Of a DNA stretch of 64,000 nucleotides, positions 48,351 to 58,921 are shown in pieces; position 1 is the first letter of the stretch; each line of letters starts with the position of its first letter. Location: the NCBI RefSeq assembly GCF_963921235.1, contig NC_086097.1, positions 8,246,001-8,310,000 of the forward strand, written 5' to 3'. The position numbers and the translations under genes are program-made. Source of the stretch: Mobula hypostoma. Lineage: Eukaryota. The notes under the pieces were generated by a model. That model was given only the letters and a program-made list of their open reading frames with translations, was not told where the DNA came from and made no database searches.

Positions 48351-51300
48351 CTATTGGCTCAGGGTGTCTGACCCTCCAAGGGAGGAGTTGTAAAGTTTGA
48401 TGGCCACAGGCATGAATGACTTCCTATGATGCTCCACGTTCCATCTCAGTGGAATGAGTCCTTGGCTGAACGTACTCCTGTGCCCAACCAGTCCATTATG
48501 TAGTGGATGGGAGACATTGTCCAAGATGGTATGCAACTTGGACAGCATCCTCTTTTCAGATACCACCGTCAGAGAGTCCAGTTCCATCCCCACAACATCA
48601 CTGGCCTTACGAATGAGTTTGTTGATTCTGTTGGTGTCTGCCACCCTCAGCCTGCTGCCCCAGTACACAACAGCAAACATGATAGCACTGGCCACCACAG
48701 ACTTGTAGAACTCCCTCAGCATCGTCCGACAGTTGTGAAGGGACCTCAGTCTCCTCAGGAAATAGAGACGGCTCTGACCCTTCTTGTAGACAGCCTCAGT
48801 GTTCTTTGACCAGTCCAGTTTATTGTCAATTTGTAACCCCAGGTATTTGTAATCCTCCACCATGTCCACACTGACCCCCTGGATGGAAACAGGGGTCACT
48901 GGTGCTTAAGCCCTCCTCAGGTCTACCACCAGCTCCTTAGTCTTTTTCACATTAAGCTGCAGATAATTCTGCTCACACCATGTGACAAAGTTTCTTACCG
49001 CAGCCCTGTACTTAGCCTCATCTCCCTTGCTGATGCATCCAACTATGGCAGAGTCATCAGAAAACTTCTGAAGACAACAAGACTCTGTGCAGTAGTTGAA
49101 GTCCGAGGTGTAAATGGTGAAGAGAAAGGGAGACAAGACAGTCCCCTGTGGAGCCTCAGTGCTGCTGATCACTCTGTTGGACACACAGTTTTGCAAGCAC
49201 ATGTACTGTGGTCTGCCAGTCAGGTAATCAAGAATCCATGATACCAGGAAAGCATCCACCTGCATCGCTGTCAGCTTCTCCCCCAGCACAGCAGGGCGGA
49301 TGGTGTTGAACGCACTGGAGATGTCAAAAAACATGACCCTCACAGAGCTCGCTGGCTTGGTCAGGTGGGCGTAGACATGGTTCAGCAGGTAGACGATGGC
49401 ATCCTCAACTCCTAGTCGGGGCTGGTCGGCGAACTGGAGGGGATCTAAGTGTGGCTTAACCATAGGCCGGAGCAGCTCCAGAACAAGTCTCTCCAGGGTC
49501 TTCATGATGTGGGAGGTCAATGCCACCGGTCTGTAGTCATTGAGGCCGCTGGGGCGCGGCGTATTCGGCACAGGGACGAGGCAGGACGTCTTCCACAGCA
49601 CGGGATCCCTCTGGAGACTCAGGCTCAGGTTGAAGACATTGCAAAGTACTCCACATAGCTGAGGGGCACAGGCTTTGAACACCCTGGTACTGACACCATC
49701 CGGTTCTGCAGCCTTGCTTGGGTTGAGTCGTTTCAACTGTCTTCTCACCTGTTCAGCTGTGAAGCCCACCGTGGTGGTTTCGTGTGGGGAAGGGGTATAG
49801 TCATGAGGGCAGGGTGGGGGACTGTGAGGAGGGGTAGGAAGGGAGAGTGGAATATGTGTTGGTTGGGGGCTGACAACAGATGACACATGTGGGGGATGGG
49901 CAGGGGCCACAATGTTAAATCTGTTAAGGAACAGGTTAACAACAGGAATTCTGCAGATGCTGGAAATTCAGGACGAAGGTTCTCGGCCTGAAACGTCGAC
50001 TGTACCTCTTCCTAGAGATGCTGCCTGGCCTGCTGCGTTCACCAGCAACTTTGATATATGTTGAAGGAACAGGTTAAGTTCGTTGGCCCTGTCCACACTG
50101 CCTTCAGCTCCTCTGTTGCTAGTTTGCCGGAACCCAGTGATGGTCCTCATCCCACTCCAGACCTCTCTCATGTTGTTCTGTTGGAGTTTCCACTCAAGCT
50201 TCCTCCCATACCTGTCTTTAGCCTCCCTGATCCTGGCTTTCAGGTCCCTGAATATTACCCTCAGCTCCTCCCTATTTCCAAATGTAAACGCCCTCTTTTT
50301 AGCGTTCAGGATGTCCTTAATGTCCTTTGTTACCCATGGCTTGTTATTTGAATAACAAAGGACAGTTCTTGTCGGAACATTGAAGTCCACACAGAAGTTG
50401 ATGTAACCAGTGATGCACTCTGTGAGCCCATCAATATCCTCTCCATGTGGCTCACAGAGTGCCTGCCAGTCTGTCACCTCAAAACAACCCTGGAGCGCCT
50501 CATAAGCCTCCTCTGACCATTTCCTCACTATCCTCAAGGTTGCAGGTTTACTCTTCACCAGAGGCATGTAGCAGGGTTTTAGATGCACCAGGTTGTGATC
50601 TGACCTTCCCAGTGGGGGGAGGGGAGAGGAGCTGTATGCATCCTTAACGTTAGCGTACATCAAATCCAGAGTCCTCTCCCCTCTGGTTGAACAGCTCACA
50701 TACTGTGTGAAGTTGGGCAGTGTTCTAGCCATGGTAACCTGGTTGAAGTCACCCGAGATGGTAATGACGGCACTTGGGTGCTGGGTTTGTAATCTGGCTA
50801 TGACGGTGTAAATGATGTTACACGCCAACGTCGGGTTGGCAGAGGGAGGGATGTACACAACAACCACAATTGCATGTGAGATTTCCCTTGGCAAATAATA
50901 TGGCCGGAGTCCAACAGCAAAAAGTTCAATATCCGGGCTACAAACACGTTCCTTGATCATAATATGACCAGGATTGCACCATCTGTTGTTTACCAGAACA
51001 GCAAGCCCACCTCCTTTACGCTTACCGCTCTCAGTGCAATTCCGGTCAGCCCGAATGGTCTGGAAGCCCTCTGTGGAAATGTTTTGATCGGGTATGTCCT
51101 CGTGCAGCCACGTTTCAGTAAAACACATAACACTGCTCTCCGGAAATGTTCTCTGACTCCTGGCTAGCGCTGTCAACTCGTCCATTTTATTACCCAGTGA
51201 TCTCACATTGCCCGTAATGAGAGAGGGGAGACATGGCTTATAACTTCTCTTCTCCATAAGCCCCTGTTGTCTCGACCCGGTCCTCTTCCCTCGCCTTTTT

Positions 51301-51506
51301 GATCCCCCTCTGCACCCTCTGTGTGTTTTCCTCCAGATTTCAGCCGGAGTGTCCGCCGCCCTGTTCGCTAAACCGGCCGGCATAAGCACAATCAGCTGGT
51401 CCCTGGAATAAACAATATGACCATACTGCTGCCCCGCTAATGAGACGTGTCCGAATGTAACTATTTCCAGCGCTAAAAACCCAAATAAAACTCTCTCCAC
51501 CAGCAT
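48351..51506 (-). pseudogene. Rex1/Babar ORF (APE endonuclease + reverse transcriptase), ~1005 codons after removing one insert; one in-frame stop at 48906-48908
   Basis: APE motifs NVRSL, CFTETWL, SGDFN, LDL, SDH; RT motifs YRPVALTS, DISSAFNTI, PQGTVLSP, KFSDD; the three ORF-track pieces join in frame. Confidence 0.92.
49940..50063. mobile_element. 124-bp mini-Penelope disrupting the Rex1 ORF
   Basis: 14-bp TSD aaggaacaggttaa (49926-49939 / 50064-50077); reversed 3' tail joined to a forward pLTR arm. Confidence 0.9.
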
Positions 51507-53513
51507 GTTAGAGAGGGTGCAGCTTCAATGTGTTACCCTGAAAAAAAATAACAAATAATGTAAGTTAAAAAAGTTTAAAAAGTAAGAAAAGTAAGAAAAC
51601 TAGACAGACCGACTGTAACAGGCTGCATGTATGACTAGCGCATGCGCACAATATGACCCCTGACGAAGGGTCCCAGCCTGAAACGTCGACTGTACCTCTT
51701 CCTATAGATGCTGCCTGGCCTGCTGCATTCACCAGCATTTGTTGTGTGTATAATGAACAAACTGTTAATCACCTGGATGGCTGAATATTTCTTGGATTTT
51801 TGTTACAGAGAAACTAGAAATAAACATAGCTTATGTAGTTACAAACATTGTTGTGCTGGTTGTGGTTATTCTTGTTTACGAGATTGACTCCAGTTGGCTC
51901 TGAAGCAGGGCACATAAATCACTGAGAGTGCCTTTGTAAATCTGAGTGATAAAACCATGACAATCCTGTAGCAAGTCACTTATAGAACAGGAATTAAAAA
52001 GCAGCATCACTTTTTGCGTTCTATAATAGACCATATTGCTCATTAATATCAGAGGGCAAAATAGGAATCTTCAAAGAAATTCCTGTCAGACTTCATCACC
52101 TCCAAGTACACTGACAGATAATGAAGTGAATTATATAAATGTCATATAATTACTCATTCACAGTGTAAGAAACACATGTAGCAGACTTAAAGCAAGCAAA
52201 TGCAAATCAGAGTTACTCTTATTCCAGACATGTAATTAACGTCTCTTCCAAAAATTAATCCGTGGTAGTTTCTTTTCTCTGCATTGGTTAAGTAATTAGC
52301 TGAGCAGAGCAGTTTGAACAAAGGTAAGTGGGTATCACACAACTGTGACAGAATATTCAATGCCCCATTTCTTCACTCAGTGAGTCTCTCTTTCACCCAT
52401 CAGGGATACTTATCAAGAACGCTGCCTGCACTGGGCCCTTAGCATTTTCAGTGATCCCTCCCATTCACCCAACAACCCTTTTGACTGCTAACCATCAGGC
52501 AAGAGGTATCAAAGCATTAGGCCAAGCATTATTATGATAGAAGACAGCTTCTTCTGCAGGCTCTAAGACTTCTGAACTTCCTGCCACTACCCAGGTCTCA
52601 TCACCATGAAGTGCCAATAGCATTATATTGTTTACTTTTAAACCTGCGTCGTAAATACACCTTATTATTTGTTAATTTATTTGTGATAATCATACATCAT
52701 GTGCTGTGTATGTGAGTTATACATACCGGGTTGTGCACATGGTCCTGAGGAACATTGTTTCATTTGGCGGTATACATAAGGCCAATTGGAGTAAATAAAA
52801 TTAACTTGAACTTATACAATGAAATGACTTATTTCTCAACAGAAACCAAGCATTAGTCAAAAGAACAACCTCTTTTATTTATTTATTTTTTTCCCCTTTT
52901 TTTTCTCTTTCTGTCCCTCTCACAATTACTCCTTGCCTGCTCTCCATCTTCCTCTGATGCTCCCCTCCCCGTTCCTTTCTCCCTAGGCCTCCTATCCCAT
53001 GATCCTCTCCCTTCTACAGGCTTGTATCCCTTTTACCAATCAACTTTCCAGCTCTTAGCTCCATCCCTCCCCCTCCTGTCTTCTCCTATCATTTCGGATC
53101 TCCCCCTTTCTCTCCCACTTTCAAATCTCTCTTCTTTCAGTCAGTCCTGATGAAGAGTCTCGGCCTGGAACGTCGACTGTGCTTTTTCCTATGGATGCTG
53201 TCTGGCCTGCTGCATTCCACCAGCATTTTGTGTGTGTTGCTCGCCTCCTTTTAGTTCTGTTTTTGACTGACATGCTTTCTTTTGAACGTAAAATGATTCA
53301 GGCATACTCCCCCGCAAAATCGTAATTACACCTTGCTCTCATCCATGGCATGTCAGCAAGGCTCATAACTTTAGGATTATTATAACACTGAATGGAAAAT
53401 ATGGATTTTTTTCCTTTCTTCTAACAGGAAAAAGAAACAATCTTTAGTAAAGTAAAGATTCTATTGTGCTGCACAGGAAGGTAATTAGAAATAAAGGCAA
53501 ATAATTAGATGTA

Positions 53514-53584
53514 CAGTGTGCAGAAGTCTAAAGTCTTAGCACATATATATAGCTGAGGTGAATAAGATTTTTGCTCAGTACTCT
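53514..53584. mobile_element. Tiny Tc1-like MITE; a further TIR copy at ~53974-54000
   Basis: cagt..gtgca.aagtct..aagatttttgctcagtact; cagtactgtgcaaaagtct at 53974. Confidence 0.5.
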
Positions 53585-54094
53585 GTTTGTCAACGTTGAG
53601 TGGAGAGTGAGTTTGTTAATCTGGCGGGAGTAAAGGATGTTGGGAATGGCAAGGATGGAGCGTCGCGGAGGGGTGGGGTGGGATGCGTAACAGAGAAGGA
53701 GTGCCGGGGTGGGGGGAGGGTGGCACGGATGCTGACACACCCAGCACTGAGACACCAGGCAAGATAATTTGATTTCAAAAAATTGGTTTATTGATCATGA
53801 CATAATGTCTCTCTGGCGTTTTTCACTCCCTCCCCTCTTCCTTCCCCTTTTCCTAACCATGATTCACCTCTCCAACTCTCAGTGCACAACAGAGTCGCAT
53901 ATCAGAATCACTCACATGCGTCATGATTCTTTCTTGCAGCAGCAGCAGAATAGTGCAATACATAAAATTACTGCAGTACTGTGCAAAAGTCTGAGTCATT
54001 AATAAACGAACGGGGTTGCAACTAAACATCTTATTTGATTGAAGGCAATTGCCCTCCAACAGGACAACATTCCCCTCAAGGGGACTGAGAAGAA

Positions 54095-54300
54095 GCAACT
54101 TGTTGGAAATAACTCGGTAGATGTTTAGCTCGGGTGGTTGATGGTAGGACTGAGTTATTCTCCGATCTTGGTCATTTACTTGCGAACTTTTCATCACCAT
54201 GCCAGGAGACATAGTCAGTGCGTTTTTGGGGGCTGGTCTCTTCTGTGGGTGCTGATCACCAGTGTTCGATTGGTGGAAGGACAGGTTAGATTGTAGTGGC
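54095..54300 (-). mobile_element. Penelope pLTR relic of a third family with a decayed hammerhead
   Basis: Minus strand gcaCTGACTA-TGTCTCC-tggcat-GGTGAT-GAAAagttcgc..caaccacccgagcta. Confidence 0.45.
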
Positions 54301-54506
54301 TGTGCAGCTGCTGGGAACTGTACCACGAATTTGTGGGGCATGCCTCTCAGGGTCTTGGGTTATATATGCTTTTTTTGCCAATTTTTTTTTGTTCGCTATT
54401 TTGAATGTGTTGTGTATTGCACCTTGCCCACAGTGGGACGCATTTTCACTTGGCTGTATTCATGAATGGTAGAATGAATTTGATTTGATTTAATTTGATT
54501 GGGATG

Positions 54507-54752
54507 TGTCCTCCGAATGACTTGCCTCTAAATACTTTTCAATCAGCTGAGTTGACGTCATTTCAGAAACCTGGTTGTAATGTGGGGAGGAAATCTCGTT
54601 GCCGATGGGAACGAAATTCTAAACCACGATGCACAAAGTTTACCACACAGCCAACAGCAAGGAGATTTCCTCTCCACATCACAATTAAGTTTCTGAAATG
54701 GCTTCCAATCAGCTGATTGAAAAGTATGTAAAGGCCAATCATTCAGAGGACA
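54507..54752. repeat. Old imperfect inverted repeat (~100-bp arms, 42-bp spacer)
   Basis: Arms 54507-54608 and 54651-54752; opposite-strand ORFs give matching peptides (CPPNDLPLNTFQSAE / CPLNDWPLHTFQSAD). Confidence 0.85.
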
Positions 54753-56193
54753 GAAATTGCCAGGATTGGAGAACAACTCAACCCAACCAGAAGCTACTTG
54801 AGCTAGCAGTAGTTAAAAATAGAAAACTTAGCAAAATAACACAGAAACCTTTAAAGTTTAGATGGGCAAAGCTGAGAGTAGCAGAATAGAGTAGGCAGGA
54901 AGTCATTTAAATAGTGTTAGAAATGCATGTTACAACAAATGACGCAGTCATTGCTGTAAGGTAGAGATCACGGGGGCTAATTTCTGCAAAACAAGATCTT
55001 TAATATCCATGTAAGTAAATAACTAAAGGTCTATTTGTTTCTGTTAACTGATGTCAGAGTCAAGACGGGCCACAGTTTTTCCTCAGAATCGGGTCTTCTA
55101 ATCCATGTGATAGTACAAAGTGATTCAGAAGTTAGTGCTGCTGTCCAACATATCCAGCAACTTGGCTTTGACCTTGTGGGTTGTTTGTGTGAAATTGTGA
55201 GTTTCAGCACTGGAGCTCCACAAAGGTGGCTGGGTAGAGGTACATCTCTCACTATACCTGGTCTAGTAAATGGCTCTTGTGTGTTCTTCATGCTGGATGT
55301 TCGAGTCCTGGGAGACCCAGAGTCTCCCAGGAACTACATCTGCATGAAATGTATCCAGATGCAGCTCGTTGAAGATCACGTTGGGAATCTGGAGCGGCAG
55401 CTGGATGACCTTCGGCTTGCACAGGGTAGTGAGGAGTTAATCGATCAGAGTTACGGGGATGTAGCCACCCTGAAGTTGCAGGAGGTGAGTAACTGGGTGA
55501 CTGCCAGGAGAAATGGAATAGGCGGTTAGCACAGAGTACCCTTGTGGCCATTCTCCTGAATAATAAATATACCGTTTTGGATACTGTTTGGGAATGACTT
55601 CCCAGGGGAATGCCACAGAGATCAGGCTACTTACACTGAGCATAGGTCCATGGTGCAGATGGGAAAGCAAGAGAAGAGGAGGGCAGTAGTGATAGGGGAC
55701 TCAATAGTCAGGGGAACAGACAGGAGATTCTGGGGATGAGAACAGGACACCCAAATGGTACGTTGCCTCCCAGGTGCCAGGGTCAAGGACATCCCGGTTC
55801 GCATCCACAACATTTTGGAGAGGGAGGGAGAGCAGCCAGATGTCCTGGCACATATTAGTACCAATAATATAGGAAGGAAAGAGGTCCTGAAGAGAGAATT
55901 TAGAGAGCTCGGTGGAAGACTGAGAAACAGGACCTCCCGGGTAGTAATTTCTGGATTGCTGCCTGTGCCACACACCAGTGAGGGTAGAAGCAGGATGATT
56001 CGGCAGATTAACGTGCGACAGAGAAGCTGGTGCAGGGGTCAGGGGTCAGGGCTTCAGGTTCTTGGATCATTGGGATCTCTTCTAGGGGACGTATGACCTG
56101 TTCAAAAGGGACAGGTTGCACCTGATCCCAAGGGGGACTAGTATTCCCATGGGCAGGTTTGTTAGAGCTGTTGTGGAGGGTTTAAACTAATTT

Positions 56194-57307
56194 CAAAGGT
56201 CCAATTTAATGTTAGAGAAATATATACAATATACATCCTGAAATGCTTTTTCTTTGAAAACATCCATGAAAACAGATGATGATGATGACGTCGACTAAGG
56301 CCTGAGAGGCCAGTGTCAGGCATTTTCATGCCTTACAACGTGTGGAGCGAGAGACTGTGTGGTCTGCCAGTCCTCACACAGACATTTCACAGTACAGTAT
56401 TTTCTTTATTTTACGGGGTCAAGTTGCGAACTCAACACTTCCATTCCAGCACGGATGGAAAGCGTTCGGGAACGGCCCGACTGGATTCGAACCCGGGAAC
56501 CTCCGTTCCGGAGTCCAGCGCTGATGTCACTGCACCACCAGCCAACATGACAACAGAGAAGTGCCCCAAAGAATGAACAACAGTTAAGCATGAGAACCCC
56601 AAAATTCCCCCCGCAGCTCCCCTCCCTCCCGCGCATAAGCAGCAGCAAGCCACAATCCTCCTCCCCCCACCAGCAAAAAGAAAAGCAAGGATCAGCACCA
56701 CCACGGAACACTCAAGTGTGAGCAAAGCAATAGCAAAGACATGGGCTTGCAGTTACCCCAAAGACTTCGCGTTACTCCTGTCATTCGACATACCGCAGGT
56801 TCTCTCTCTTCCTAATAAAGGAGAAAGAGGTGTCTCTATTTTCCCAGCGAGCCGGGAGACATAACAAACAACTCGCTGGTTTACAATGTTAACGCCATTA
56901 TGTCACTTTTCTAGAGCTCTGTGCCTGAAGGTCACAAAGATCTCCGAGTCTTTGAGCCCACCCATGATGAAAGATTTCCCTGCTTCCACGACGACACACG
57001 GATTTCCTGCCATGACACCAATCCTCGATCTGTCCATCTCCAGAGCCCCGAGATCTTAGGCTTCCAAATACGAGCTGGACTCCCAGGCCGAACCCTTTGC
57101 GTGCTGAACAATGGTCAGTCCCGAAACCCAGAGAACGGGTCCCATTCCCACAAAGAACCGAAGTCAGCATGTAACTCCAGGTCAGGGTCTTCAAAAGAAC
57201 CCTGAAAGGGAAAAATAAAGATATCAAAGATCAAAATAGAGCTGTTTCCGAAGGTGCAAGCAAAGAGGTCGCTGTTTAGTGCCATTTTAACTCTGCCTCC
57301 GTCTCTG
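56194..57307 (-). mobile_element. Non-coding retroposon (family of 24297-25080) carrying a nested SINE
   Basis: TSD taattt (56188-56193 / 57308-57313); 5' end agagacggaggcagagttaaaatggcac. Confidence 0.8.
56277..56551 (-). mobile_element. tRNA-derived SINE with RTE-like 3' end and (CAT)n tail
   Basis: Head GGCTGGTGGTGCAGTG..GGTTCGAATCC; TSD aacaga (56271-56276 / 56552-56557); 3' end shared with 4573-4640. Confidence 0.8.
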
Positions 57308-58785
57308 TAATTTGGCAATGGGATGGGAACCAGAGTGAAGTGACTCAGGATAGGACGGATGGTAAAAATACAAAGATAGTGGGCAGTCAGACCATCAGGA
57401 AGGGCAGGCAGATGATAGGACAAAACTGCAGCAGGGCATTAGGGATGCAGAGTAAAAACAGGTAGCAAATACAGTAGTCGAAGTGTTATATCTCAATGCA
57501 TAGAGTATAAGAAATAAGGTGGACAATCTTGTTGCACTATCACAGATTGTCAGGTATGATGATGTGGGCATCACCGAATCATGGCTGAAGGATGGTTGTA
57601 GTTGGGAGCTGAATGTTGAAGGTTACACACTGTATTGGAGGGATAGGAAGGAAGGCAGAGAGGTTGGCGTGGGTCTCCTGGTAAAGAATGGCATCAGATC
57701 AGTAGGAAGATGTGACATAGGATCGGAAGAAGTTGAATCCTTGTGGATTGAGTTAAGAAACTGCAAGAGTAAAAGGCCCCTGATGGCAGTTATATGTGGG
57801 CCTCCCAACAGTATCTGGGATGTGGACTATGGATTACAACAGGAAATAGTAAAGGGGTGTCAAAAGGGCAATGTTGTGTTAGTTATGGGGGTTCTTAACA
57901 TGCAGGTCGATTGGGAAAATCATGTTGATAATGGAACTCAAGAGAGTGAGTTTGTTGAATGCCTATGAGATGGCTTCTTAGAGCAATTTGTTGTTGAGCC
58001 TACTAGAGGATCGGCTGTACTGGATTGGGTGTTATGTAATAAACTGGAGGTGATTAGGGAACTTAAGGTAAATGAGTCCTTAGGAACTAGTGTTCACACT
58101 ATGATTGTGTTCAACTTGAAATTTGATAGGGAGAAAGTAAAGTCTGACATAGCAGTATTTCAGTGGAGTGAAGGAAATTGCAGTGCTATGAGAGAGGAGT
58201 TGGCCAAAGTAAATTGGAAGGAGTTTCTGGCAGGCATAACAGGAGAGCAGCAATGGTGTGAATTTTTGGAAAAAATGAGGAAGGTGCAGGACAGATGTAT
58301 TCCAAAAATGAAGAAATACTCAAATAGCAAAATAGTACCATGGCTGTCAAGTCAAAGCTAATGTAAAAGCAAAAAATAATTTATCAAAGGAAGTATAAGG
58401 CACCCCTTCTCTCCTCCAGCCCGTAGGCCACTTTTGGACAAGGTGTAGCCCCTGCTTAGCCCTCTAATCAGGGTCACGTGAAGCCATAGGTGCTGGTAGT
58501 AGATGGCCAAATGAGCAGCTGGTGCAAATCACAAGTCCTGTTTATGTGCCCACTGATGCCAGGCAGACAATCTCTGAAGAGTATTGGTAATGGCTGGGGT
58601 CACCTGTCTTTAAGGACACTGCTCAGAAGAATGCAATGGCAAACTACTTCCGTAGAAAAATTTGCCAAGAACAATCTTGTGGCTGTCTGGCTGTGGCCTG
58701 CAACCATTGACACTCGCCTTAGCACTGAAATGGCTCCATGTCTGTGAACTCACTTTCGGGGACACCGCATCTAATCTTTTGTGTC

Positions 58786-58921
58786 GCAAACAACAGAAAT
58801 TCTGCAGATGCTGGAAATTCAAGCAACACACATAAAAGTTGCTGGTGAACGCAGCAGGCCAGGCAGCATCTGTAGGAAGAGGTGCAGTCGACGTTTCAGG
58901 CCAAGACCCTTCGTCAGGACT
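58786..58921 (-). mobile_element. Short Penelope pLTR insertion beginning at the hammerhead
   Basis: pLTR 3' 135 bp; flanking direct repeat cttttgtgt. Confidence 0.8.
58886..58921 (-). ncRNA. Minimal type-I hammerhead ribozyme motif (intact core)
   Basis: AGUC-CUGACGA-AGGGUCUUGGCCU-GAA-ACGU-C/GACU. Confidence 0.7.

Larger units (their letters stand above)
48210..51658 (-). mobile_element. Full-length Rex1/Babar-clade LINE
   Basis: Short 5'UTR, single EN-RT ORF, (ATGACT)n tail, 6-bp TSD cctgac (48204-48209 / 51659-51664). Confidence 0.9.
47071..51749. mobile_element. Penelope insertion (inverted pLTR, GIY-YIG C-terminus, pLTR) hosting a second mini-Penelope and a full-length Rex1
   Basis: 14-bp TSD ataatgaacaaact (47057-47070 / 51750-51763); DRFAEHL..VSTHLNSPSHS..RLEEQHLIFCLGSLQSDGMKIDFSNFR. 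Confidence 0.9.
55270..58380 (+). mobile_element. CR1 LINE 5' part: ORF1 (CxxC, coiled coil, SGNH esterase) and ORF2 endonuclease; lacks the 3' half
   Basis: YICMKCIQMQL..LERQLDDL; AVVIGDSIVRG; CLPGARV; YLNA.SIRNK..GITESWL. Confidence 0.85.

Noticed and set aside
48906..48908. Programmed read-through stop in Rex1
   Set aside because: It falls inside the RT/thumb region; ordinary mutation is more parsimonious
55035..55529. 164-aa ORF as a novel gene
   Set aside because: The C-terminal half is CR1 ORF1; the upstream part is fortuitous open frame
56470..56543. tRNA gene (also 4730-4802)
   Set aside because: A/B boxes are present but there is no clean cloverleaf or poly-T terminator; it continues into a SINE body with tail and TSD
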